Shown piece by piece: positions 1 through 11,988 of a stretch of 64,000 nucleotides of DNA. The notes under the pieces are model-generated. The model did no database searches and was not told the DNA's origin. It saw only the letters and a list, made by a program, of their open reading frames with translations. The position numbers and the translations under genes were made by a program. The stretch covers positions 1,860,001-1,924,000 of the forward strand of contig CM074807.1 of assembly GCA_037447605.1 (NCBI GenBank), written 5' to 3'. Position 1 is the stretch's first letter; every line of letters starts with the position of its first letter. Origin of the DNA: Zygnema circumcarinatum SAG 698-1b (lineage: Eukaryota; Plantae; Zygnematophyceae).

Positions 1-3000
1 GTCCTTTCAGTCAACAAAGGCTCTTTAACTCTTTTACCGTGTTTGAGCTTCAATTAACTCCGAAACTTGACAATGACTGAAGTGGGAAACATGTACAGTC
101 ATCGTAAAAAAAAACCCCTCACTCGAAGAAATACCTTGCTGGGTTGCGGCACAACATAGGCGACCTGCGACCATGCGGGGCAAGCCTGGCCATTGTCGGA
201 GCTCGGTCCGGATGACGACAACTTTCCGTACGTGATGCGGCCGAGCAGCATCGTCCCCACCGCTGCATCCTGCATGCATCCTTCGAGGAAGTTTACGAAT
301 CACAGTTTCATGGATCGGAAGCGAAAAAGTATGGCAGTAGCAAAGGAGCGAGGGTGCAGAAAATACATTTCTGTCATAGATACAGTGATGAAGTTCCAAG
401 CCAGAAGTATATCCTGAGGGAGGGAGCTACTGCACCTACCAGGGACAATGCTGCATGTATGCATGTATGTATGTATGTATGTATGTATGTATGTATGTAT
501 GTATGTATGTATGTATGTATGTATGTATGTATGTATGTATGTATGTATGTATGTATGTATGCTGTATGTATGTAGCAGCTCACCTTTGGTAACTTGTCCT
601 CAGCTGGTCCGGCGATAAAGAGAGGACGCTTTTCCCTGAAAGAAGGCATCCAGCCCCACAGCAGAAGGCAGGTATAGCATCCACTAAAGACAAGGCCATC
701 AAGATTAATCTAACTCACTGAATATGTTTTGTACCATACTGGTGTATTATTCTTCATAAGCCATGCGAAATCCCCGATATGTCATGAGTCTTCACGTGTG
801 AAGTAACCCAGGCTGTTTCTTTGACAAGAAAAGCTTAATAGCCTGAATGCAAATCAATGAAATTGATGCAGAACTCTCAACATAAGACTCGGCATGTACT
901 AGCGAAGTGCATACAAGAAAACACAAACTCGTGACTGTGGTTTGTAAGCTCGTATCCCCTCAAACAGTCAGTAGATTAAATCAGCAATGTGTAGACTACA
1001 TGTGAACAAGGAGCAGTGCCAAAGGATCCCACCCCACGGCGATGGCAGAAGGCTTGAACAGATTTTCTCCACTCACGACGCCATCGTTGGTGGTATGGAA
1101 AGATAACTTCATGGAGCCCTGCAACGAAAGCTACTTCATCAGCCGGTGAAAAGACTTTCCTTTAATTTGCAAAGCCAGCTCTCGCAAGCATTTACACAAC
1201 TGGTATCTATTTGCAAGCCCATATCCAAGCAGCCTGCATTGCATGTCATTCAGAAATCCCTTCTGTAAGCGCAGATTAAACAAACCCCAAAAAACCTAGC
1301 TGTAATCATTCATGCAACAAACGTTATCCTTGATGTATCGACCTGCAGGCTCACCTTATCCTCCAGAGATCTATCCATTAAAAGTGGCGTCTTCTTCAGC
1401 TTTTCCAGAAGTGCTACATTATCGTGTCTGCCAGACAGCATCAACAACAACAGTCAGACACACATCGTAGATAAAGCACCTCCAGGCAAGCCAGTTATGG
1501 GAGTCAATCATGCACATGAAAGTTGCGATGTGGGAGCCACCGACACTTCCTCTCTCAGTGCTTGTGTGCATGGCATGCATGCATGTGCATGCATGCATGC
1601 GAGTCTCTGCCTCACCTGAGCAGCAGGCGGACGGAGTATTCGCCCTTGCTCAGCTTCACCGCCTTTGGGTACACGTTCCCACTCGCCACGAGCCGCTGGA
1701 CAAGGTCATGCCATCATGACCCCCATGCCTCACGCAGCCTTAAGCACATGGCATGGCATGAAGGGAAAGAGGGTGGAGTCCCATAATGGCAGCTCAGGAA
1801 TGGGAAGTTCAAATAGAAGAGGAAAGAGACGGCGATGCACCACTGTCAGTAACAGCCAAGCACTGACGCAAGAATGCGATACTAATACAGAAGTAGAAGG
1901 TGGGAGTATCGCCAGTTCCACCTTCAAAACATGCTATATTTGTCCCAAGGTGAGCCTACATGATGACTCGGGATGAGGAGCCAACCTTGTTTGCATCAAA
2001 AATCATGTAAAATTGGGCCTCAACCTCGTTTTCGTACATGCGATTATTAAGTGAAGGAATCCGTGGCGTGTATTTGCCGCTCTCTGATAAAGTCACTTTG
2101 TACCTGTGCCACATGGATATGGCTGCCAGATCAGCCAACAGCCGGCCACACTTACACCCGAGCTACAAAACAGCGACAGAGATGCATGCGCTCCCTTGGA
2201 GGTCAAGTAATCAGGAGTAACTAGCACTTTTCTGAAGTATCTCCCGCCGTTAGTAGTATAGGCGAAAGTCACAAGACTGACGTTCAAGAGAGAAATACTG
2301 TATTGGAGTAGCCGCAGCTTGATGGAGTTCCACCCCCTTAAAACAAAGCATTCACAAAAAGTCCCGCCCTTACGTAAGGAGAAGGCCATGGACCTCCCGC
2401 CCGCTCGGCAGCAGGTCCCTCCATTTCCCGCAGGGCTCCATTTTCACCTCCGTCGGCCGAAAGGCAGTCCGAACCTGCCAACCAATGGAAGGCCTATGGA
2501 TGAACCAATGGATGGCTTGTTGTCTTGCTGATAAGTTAGCATTTATAGCGAAGAACTGAACAAGATAAGACTCATATTATGGACAAGGTTAGTCTCTTAC
2601 TCTGTTTAATGTTGCAGATGGAGCCAAGCGTTCCGCTGCAAGAGCAGCTGTGACGTCGATTCGAGTGCTGCCCACGTTCCCATCAATCCAAACCTCTCCG
2701 CTCTCTGACTGAAGACCGTGAAACTCAATCTGTTCAATGCACAAGCATCAGCCGTCATCATTATGAAGTCTTTAAAAAGAGGATTTGAGAGTCACAAGGA
2801 CATGGGTATAAGAGTTTGCCAAGGGTCCCAAAAACCATGACCCACAAACAGGAAAAGATAGCAGAAGGTTTTCTCCATTACCTCCACATCAGCAATCGCC
2901 GGAACGGGGCTCCCCGATCCGCTTGACCAAAACTGTGCAAGAGTGAATTCTAGTGTCCCTCCTCCCTTCACCTCAAAAGAGATCACTTTGGATGTTGGAG

Positions 3001-6000
3001 CCGGAAAGGTCAAATAGGATTTGAATTCGCGGTAGGAGTATCGGTGAAGTGGAAGCACCTGCAATGATCCAATGCGTGTTAACAGGCCTGTTTTCGTACA
3101 ATATCAGTTATCAGATAACGATTGCATATCTGTCACTTTTCCTCCGGGGATGTTCACAGAAGACCTTTGGACTCTCAAAAATAAAAGCTTCCTCAAAGGA
3201 CATGGGACAAAACGAATAGGAAATTAGAATTTGGCAATTTGACAGCGGCAGGTAGAAAAAATAGGTAGGGAGAAGGCTGATGTGGAATGCGGATAAAGAA
3301 GGACTAGGCAGGAGTGGTGGAGAATGAATGTAATAGGGACGAAACATGAGAAACAACAATCGGACAGAATAAAAAAAAGAGTGTAAGATGAGCAAAAAGA
3401 AGAAACAAATTAAGGCTAGACAATGAAAGTAAGAAAAAAGGGAATTAGCGAACGAATCAAACGAAAATGGAAGGACGAATAGGCAACTAGGAATCTATCT
3501 GAGAACTCAAGAAAGGAGCAATAAAAGCTTTTGTGCTTCAGAAAAAGTGCATCATTTTGGTAGAGCGAGGTTAGGGGGCCCCTGCCTGCAGCGCATGCAC
3601 AAGAAAAGTTCGCTGCGTGTCAAATTGTGAGAGCCGTACGGTGGCCTCCGCCCACGTGGCTCCCGCGGGCACCTCGATAAAATGCCGTTCAATATGGCCT
3701 GCCAAATAGATACAAGACCCGTCCAAGCAGCTATAATATGAGAACGTGAACAAAAGAATGCTTATTTCCATGCACAAACGCAAATAAAGAATCGAATACG
3801 CCTCAAGTAACACAATCATACTAGAGAAAAAGAGAAAAGAAATGAAAGAGAAATGCACCACCTGGTGAGAATGTGAGATTGCCGAAAGAAATGCGGGGCA
3901 GACTCCTCTCAACAGCTACCGCCATGGGCTTCACCACTGTCACCAGCACAGTGAAAAGTGCGCCTCTCTTTGGCGATTGTAGATCTACTCCACTCACTTG
4001 GGCCACGTGCAGGCCCTCTGGCAACTGCGTGGGGTCCACGCGAATGCTGCAGGGAGCCATGCTTTTGCTTGTTATTTCATGTTTGGATGGATCATTGTCC
4101 TCACAGACTTCTTCATGTTGTTGAGAAACAACAAATCGACAGACTCCCCACTTGCTCACAAAATTAACATTGGTCTCAAACGTCATTACAATCTGGACCA
4201 ACTTTCAAACATTTGTGTCCGCCCATTCTTTGACAGTTCTCTTGTATGCAATGACACGACGGAAGACTGAATGATAAGCAGAGGGCGAGCGAAGCAAGGC
4301 GTACTTGAAGGTTCGCCCATTGTTGGCAAGCAGGAGATGCTGCGGACATTTCACCCAGCTCGCGGACGCGCTGAGACCGATGTGCTCCTCGAGGGGTACG
4401 CGCACACTCAGGTGGTCCGCGTCTTCGTGGAAGCAGGGCGTGACCGTCACCCGCCACTGCATGCAATGCTCCAAAAGCAGCCATCAATAGATAGATGGTG
4501 GGGGAGTAGCAGCACGACGATATGTTTCGCTGCATCAAAATCAGCTCTGGACAAGGAGAGGGAGGAGAGGGAGGAGAGGGAGGAGAGGGAGGAGAGGGAG
4601 GAGAGGGAGGAGAGGGAGGAGAGGGAGGAGAGGGAGGAGAGGGAGGAGAGGCGGAAGAAGGGGCACCTCGGACGCATCTGCGGTTTCAATGGGCTCTCTT
4701 AAATACACTCCTCGCATGCTCGATCCTGTGGCATTAGAGCAGCGTATAATCATAGGAATCAGCAAAAAAAACCAAAGAAACAAAAAAAAAATAGATAATG
4801 AAAACCTAAAAACGAGTTGCAGGGACCTACACGAAGTGCAAGCAAGGGGAAAGGTGGAGGTCATGTACTGACCAGTGCCACTTGTCGAAGTCACAGACAC
4901 GTTGTACCATTGGTCAGAAAGGTCCTTCATATGCTGCAAATACTCGAAAGCCCTGACGAAGCCATAGAACAAGGCATAGCTCAGGGGCGAGGCAGCATGT
5001 GAGGCTGACGACAGGGGGCGTAGAAGCGGGCCTCTACCATATTCTCCTCTACTTTAACACGAGCAAGTTCATTTCCTGCACTGAAATAGTCCTGAATGCT
5101 TAGAGTACTCATAGAAAGCCGGCATGAACGCATGTGACATTCCAGAAGCACGACAAATCAGGGATAAAACAAACATGAGCAATTCAAAACATGTCGACAT
5201 CGCTGATTATGTGAGTGTTACTGGTATTACACTTTCCAAAGACATAAAGTGAAAACCCGGTTTTGTTGCTCAGGATACAGTGATACAACTAGGCTAAGGG
5301 ACACAGGCGGAAATGCGCACTTGTCCACCTGAAGCAGACCGGAGCCCATGCTGAGAATGTGGTCAGCGGATGTCCCCAATGCAGCCGCTGTGTTTTGCAG
5401 AGCCTGCCGTACCAAGTGAGGTCGCACCTTCGCTCCCGAACTCTGCCATCCGTTTCACCGACACATTATCAGATGCAGCAGAAAGAAGCAAATCCACAAA
5501 TACAAACCAAAGCCAATACGATCAAGAACTATGTATTGGAACCCCAACAAAACGAGTCCCCTTTCTTTCCCTTCTCTTCCCTTCCAAAACCAACCAGAAT
5601 GTCCCGCCCCTACAATGAGCAAAATCGCGAAAGGACGTTGAGTTGCAGGTGGTGGTGCCACCCACCTTGAGCCCACTGAGGACGAGGGCGATCCCCCCGC
5701 ATGCACAGGGCGAGGCCATGGACGTCCCGTTCATGAGCTGCCGCCGCTGCAGCGACCACTGCGAGACGGGGGCGATGGCGCCGCCCGGCGCGCTCAGGTT
5801 CACTCCAATGTCGCCGTCAGGGGCGGGGCCTCTGCTAGACCTGCTTGCAGGGGAACAGGCAGTCAACTCGCATTACAGGAAACCCACGAGACTAGGACCA
5901 TCTCAAGTTATGAAAGTAGCGTCCTCAAGGAATCTGACGATGCCCAGTTGAAGGAGAAGAAGGAGAAGCGCAGTAAATGGCCACAGAGTGACAGGCGACC

Positions 6001-9000
6001 GGCTTATTCGCACTTGAGAAGAAACAGTCCACAGAAACACCCGAGCTGGTGATGAAGGAGGTAACTGGAGAAAGCACACTCGACCCAAGTAGGGATGTAG
6101 GATTCAAATGCTAGGAGGTATCCGCAAATACATGCTACCAGATAACAGAGCGCAAGCTCTTCTCGTCGCAGCCTGCCTCTGTAGCTTTCCAACACGCACA
6201 GCACTGTAGCAATCCACCCTTCACATAAGCAGAATTGAATACTACTCCTTAAAAGTGCATGGTGAAGCCAAGAAATGTTGCTGACCAAGTATAGGGCAGG
6301 CCCTCCAATGGAGCTTCCACGAGAGAATGAGCAGCGGCAGCCATGGCCGGGGACACGTATGCGCCGATGCCTATGATTGCGTCACTTGTGCCACCTGGCG
6401 CCCCCACAGTGGTCAGCGCTGGGCCGTTGTTGCCAGCACTGCTCACAAAAATCACTCCGTGTTTGTTTACAACCTGCGGAAATGGCTGACCAATGGTTAT
6501 CAAACAGCGCTTTCACCTAGTTGTCATGAGATACGCAGACTTGATACTTAGCATGCAGGAAAAGTTCGAAGAACACAGTCCAGCAGAATCAAACCAGACG
6601 CATTTCTGCAGACAATTCCCTTGCAAGTGGCAAAACAGCAGCTAAACCAGCAGTGAATCCTTTACCTCTGATGCAAGTTCTATAAACCGGCCTCGATCAG
6701 CAACAGTGGTGGGCTCTCCATAGCTCATATTTATGAGATCGCACTTGTTCTGCGAATTCAAGCAGCCCGAAATAAGGAAACGCTGCTGTCAGGAACTGCG
6801 TTGGACAGGAAAAGGGGAAAAAAACCCCGAAAGTCAGCTGAAAGCATGCAGCAATGCAATTTAGACCTCGCTTCAGCACCCAAATCAAACCACTCGCAGT
6901 CACAAGCACTCGAAGTTAAGTGCTGCTTTGAAAGTGTGCGAAACGAGAGGTTCAGTGGGCGGAACAATGGCCATGAGCAGCACCTCAATCACATTAATAA
7001 GGGCCCGTGTGAGGCCCGTGCCAGTTTCCATGCTGCCCAGCCGCGTATCTCCGATTTTACAGGATACTAACTGAGCCCCCGGCGCTATGCCGTTCAGGGC
7101 AGGCTCCTGCAAACAAATATACGGTGAATATGTGCCGACCATTTCACAAAAGGCTGCTAGACAAAACAGGGAGCCATGGCCTGAAAAGCATGGCAGTTCT
7201 AGGAGTTGCCACGCCGCAGACAAACGCGAGAGTTCGATTCATGTTCACTGCAGTGATTGAAACAGGATGTTGTTCAACAAAAGTATAGTTAACGATGAAA
7301 AAAGTTGAATCTAGGGGGCCCCGAATGTGAAACAAAACGTGCTTTGCAAGAGAGTTCTACTTTGAGTATCAAACCCACCTCTGGATGATATGCTGCCGTA
7401 ATTCCCGCTACATGGGTGCCATGCGTAGAAACATCAGTCACAATGCTCAGAATGTCTCCATCATTGTAAATATTTAAGACGAAATTGCATGCATCCAGCT
7501 TGCTGAATGTGCCGTACTTGTGCTCAATCCTGTCAAGAAGTTGCACTACAGAGAAACCTTAGATGTAATCAAAATATCCAAATTCATGCTCATTTGAACA
7601 CATTGTAATCGAGTTAGGCAAGCCTCAGCCTCCAAACATCAAAAGAAAAATTCAAGCCAACATCATGATGAAAGGGCAGTGAGACATGAAATAGCCTGAA
7701 TGTTGCCTACCCACCCATCCCAACCTTTAAACAACGTGATTATGAAAGATGATTGCAGCAGTACTTCGAAATTAAGGATAAAGAGGAACAGAAGGTGAAA
7801 TTCAAGCCAACATCATGATGAAAGGGCAGTGAGACATGAAATAGCCTGAATGTTGCCTACCCACCCATCCCAACCTTTAAACAATGTGATTATGAAAGAT
7901 GATTGCAGCAGTACTTTGAAATTAAGGATAAAGAGGAACAGAAGGTGGACTTCCCTCTCTGAAGTCACAAAAAACACAATGTCCAGACCAAGACCGGTCG
8001 AAACGACCCACGATAGCTTGAAATGACTCAAACACTCTCCTATGTTTCATATGCCATAGCAAAAGACAGATGTGCCCATATCACACCTGAATGTGAAAGC
8101 ATTCCCTCACTACCTGTAGTTGGTCATGGGCTCGAAATCCGCCAGCCTTCCGGCGGCCTCCCCTGTGCTCCCAGCCCCGGCCTGGAGGTCCCGTGTGTCC
8201 AGAGCCGCGCGCCACTGCTCGCCGTCGTGCCACACCACCGCGTCGATAACCGGTCCGCTGTCCTCGTAGCTCTGAACAAAGGATAGCGGCACCCTGGTAA
8301 GGATACTTCCACAAGATCGCATTCTCCACAATGAGGTAACAGGTTGTTGGCGTACATGAGCACTTCAACCACTTCACTTCAGGGTGGTAAATGATGAAGC
8401 TCAAACAACTAGGCAATTCTCAAGCATCCGTGACACATCAACGACTGCACCGCCATTTAAAAAGGTAAGACCAGCAAATTTCAACAGAAAAAACGACCTT
8501 AGCGAGCCAAAAAATATGTACCTCGGCTATCTTCTGCAAAAGATCCACTCGACTCTGAAGCTCCTCCCTCTGTTTCTTTAGAGAGTCATCAAGCCCCTTG
8601 CCGTGCTTCTGCATAGGAAACAAAAACCACAGTATGTGCCTTCACACTGTGAAAGCCTGCTCTTCTCAATTTTTTGTAATACACAGGGCAATCGCAAAGG
8701 CAGCTCCATAAAAACTATCCATTTGTGCTTTGCGAGCACGAGTGCACATGCTCCTTGTGCAGATGCTTGTCTTATCGAGAAGAACATTAACTTTCATTTT
8801 GGATTATTTGGAATACGTTTGCAAACAGGAATAGGGCAAGAAACGCACTGAATCAAAAGCTGCCAGTTGGCGCACAGCCTCCGTGACCAGCTCCCGCTGC
8901 TCTGCTGCCCACTCCTTCTTCCTTTTGGCCTGCAGCCATCCCGACTCACTGGATATTCAAACTCTGCCTCTTCTATCCTGGGAGCTTCTGGCAGCAGTCA

Positions 9001-11614
9001 TTGTGAGTACTAATTTGGGGAAACACTTTTAGACAAAAATAACCAAAGTTACCTGCCTTTGCAACTATTTGTTTGAACAGCCAGTGACATTGTCACCTAC
9101 AATGGGTGTAGACACAACAGGAGGTACTTGATGCGAAATCAAGTTCTTATCCTTAAACTAAACTTCAAAGAGTCAATAGGTATTGAAAGGTCAGAAAAAC
9201 GAAAAAAATGTTCAATTGCTCTCGTCATTTGTTCCTATCCAGAACTCAGTACTACCATTGCTTGAATTTTGATGAGAATAAGCTTTGAATAAGGAAAAAG
9301 CAAATAATAACCATCGCAAGCGTCGCCATTCTCTGAGAAAAGTTTTAGTCTGCAGCCAGTACTTTCTGCGTTCTGCTCTGCATTATGTTCAGGAGAATTT
9401 CCATGCTTCCTAAGGAATAATACTTGAATGCAACCGGTTTCTAGAAATATTCCTTTGTAGCTTTCGTGTCATGAATATAACGAATGCCGGTAGCCCCCCC
9501 TCGAATGAAACCTTTAGAACATGAATTCAGAGAACAACCATTCAGAGAGTATTTCTGTGCACAATAGTCACGATTGAAGTCTGACACTGAAGAGAAGACA
9601 AAAGGTAGATGATCCATGGAATAGGGGGTGGAGAAACAAGACTTGTGATGTAATGCGCTCACAGTAATCCGATCTACAAGGGAATCATCCAATAAGTCGT
9701 AGAGCCGCTTGCAGCCGACGCGCCATTGCCCTGTTGGATTCCTCCATTCCAGGTTGAGCTGCAACTTGGCACCTGAAAAGCCAACGTGGAAACTGTTCAA
9801 TAACTTCTTGGTGGAGCTCGTTCACGCATTCTTGAGAGAGAGGATTCAAACAAAAGCCTGCCAAGAAACAGCAAATGTCCCAAATTCACGGCTTGAATTT
9901 AATAAGCACAAAGATACACATTTAAGAGAGATAGGTTTTCACTACAGTTACCTCACTTCTAGGAAAGATGGCTGGCACACCTCAATTAAGCTCAAACGAA
10001 TTCATAAAACAATCGATACCTACTGTCCCAAACTGTCCATAATAAATGTATACACGCAGTCAACCATGCTGTTCACACACTTTCCAGTCATACATGACTC
10101 TAGCCCGTATAGGGGAAAGAATGTTTTTTCAGGTCACCAACAAAAACAACACAGGTCCCAAATTCTTAAAATATCTAAAAATGCTTTTGTCAAAACTTGA
10201 CCACTAGCAGCAAGTGATGCGGTACTCCAAGAAACAAAGTGATAACCGTCAACTATAGTATACAAGAAAGCAGAATAGAAAAACACCCATGCCCGCGGAA
10301 GGTAGCAAGTCATCATTGCTTCAACGATCTAAGAGACGAACCCATCTGCCCTGTGGAATGTGTTTTACAATGGATCAAAACGGCTATGCTCACCTGACAG
10401 CCCAGTGAAGTAACCGTCTTCATCAACCTTTGCCAGGGTGGACGTGTCTATATCTCCTGCTCCTGTGCTGCAAGCAATAGTATAATTCCACAAGAACCGA
10501 CCATAACTAACTTGCAGTGGAAATAGGATTGAGGAACCTAACACAGCTGTATACCATACGTTTACGCATTCTGCTATAGGTTGATGATGCTTTGCCAGCA
10601 AAACCACTTATCAGGCTTTTGGGAACATTCGGAAAATAGTCGTGAAATCCGTGTGACAACCATTCGAGACTGAAACGACAACCAGTCTACGAAACCTTCG
10701 AAAATTCCCCAAGTTGGCCAGTTTTTCCTCGGAAACTAGTTAATTCACTCGTTCATCCTTGCCTCAAATTAGAAAGTGATCATCTGCTGCCAAAGAACTA
10801 CCCTCATACCATGCAAGCTATGGGAAAAAACGTTTTTAAAAGAACTGCCGTCAGAAAACAAGGTTGCAAACGTACCAGTCCACTATGTCAACAATTTTCG
10901 GTTTATTGTCGCTTGTTATCTGCAAGCCTGCTGCTCCTGGATCAACTCCCGAGTCTGTTTGCCCGAGCCCTCTCCCATCCCTCACTATTCGTCAATTACA
11001 AATAAAAAAACAGGGATTGGGGTCAAATTATTAGTATTATTATTTATTCACTGCTTTTCAGTTCTGGAAAATCTAGCATTCCCTCATTTATTGAAAGTTC
11101 TGCCCTTAGATGACATGTGCCCTGTACCAACATTGAGAATTCTCATCTCACCAAAAATGGCGATGAGCACTCCTCGTCCATCAAATTCAGGGTATCTCTG
11201 AAGAAATCGCTTGGCACCAATCTCCTCTTTCGGCATGAGAGCCTCCAGAAAAGCCTTTATCTTCTCTGAGCTCGTCAATTCAGCAGCAGAGTTCCCCTCT
11301 GGCTGCTCCCGGACCACATCCACATGAGGTGAAGGTAGCGAACCGCCAAAAGCAGGTGCGCCAGACATCGGCACGGACAACGCACGCCCCGGCCTCCCAC
11401 TTCTCCCCGCAATTCTTCGGTTTTGGATATAAGGCGCCTTCCAATCGCAGCTTCTGCCACTGAGCTCCCTCCCCCTTACCAAAACCACCTTTCCGCAACC
11501 CTTCCACTGACCCAACTGTCTTGTAAGAGTGCGCGTGCTGCCCAGAAGCCCGCTGAGGCTGAGCGGCGAGGCGCGCCCTGCAGGGCGGAAGAGGAGGGGC
11601 GCGCTGGCGGGCAT
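1..11614 (-). CDS. TPP2: Tripeptidyl peptidase II (subtilisin S8 family), multi-exon; C-terminal part lies beyond the left edge
   Basis: Spliced exons give [29 protein letters not shown] (11150-11240), HGTHVAGI (about 7405-7430), [21 protein letters not shown] (about 6385-6450), [25 protein letters not shown] (about 5665-5745), EDKLPK (about 585) and [14 protein letters not shown] (about 215-260). GT-AG intron boundaries throughout. Confidence 0.95.
455..572. repeat. (TATG)n microsatellite in a TPP2 intron
   Basis: Long, nearly pure tetranucleotide run read directly. Confidence 0.97.
4554..4651. repeat. (GGAGGAGAG)n 9-mer tandem repeat in a TPP2 intron
   Basis: About ten 9-bp units. It explains the spurious REE/GEG/SSL-repeat ORFs in the track. 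Confidence 0.95.
7648..7947. repeat. 150-bp direct tandem duplication in a TPP2 intron
   Basis: 7648-7797 and 7798-7947 are identical except at two positions by eye (aacgt/aatgt and ttcga/tttga). Confidence 0.93.
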
Positions 11615-11861
11615 CCTCCCTCGCCCTTTTCCCCCTCGCCCTCGCCGCGTCCGCCCCTTGCGCGGCCTCGCCTGCTGCGGACGTTTCTGTCCTCCACGGA
11701 CGAAGGTTCTCTGCGCGCAGGACGCTCCGCGTGCAGGCCCTGCGCCCGTCTACCGTTTTGCACCGGCAAGGTACTGCAGTTGACCGTTTTTTTTCCAAAA
11801 AGCGCGCGAGGGGGGGTGGGCGAGCTGACGGAAAGGGGAGACCGTTGAAGGCCGTTGAAGG

Positions 11862-11985
11862 AGGGAGGGAGGGAGGGAGGGAGGGAGGGAGGGAGGGAGG
11901 GAGGGAGAGAGGGAGGAGAGCAGGGAGGGGGGAAGGAGAGGAGGGAGGGGGGAGAGGAGGAGAGAGGGAAGGGGAGGAGAGAGGT
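11862..11985. repeat. (GGGA)n and GA-rich tract between the divergent TPP2 and lipase start codons
   Basis: Purine-only tract read directly. Confidence 0.9.
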
Positions 11986-11988
11986 GTC

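Noticed and set aside
354-649. ORFs with CMYV/YIHT repeats, and similar repeat ORFs at 4271-4972, 45178-47904 and 56568-57385
   Set aside because: Translations of microsatellite or GA/CT low-complexity DNA in introns and intergenic regions; not proteins.
7648-7947. Repeated blocks considered as a CRISPR-like array
   Set aside because: Only two adjacent long copies with no spacers, in a eukaryotic intron and with no cas genes. The same applies to the 475-bp duplication.
9709-10200. 163-aa plus-strand ORF, and the 156-aa ORF at 51061-51531
   Set aside because: Antisense to TPP2 and TSPO introns or exons with no recognisable motif; within chance length.
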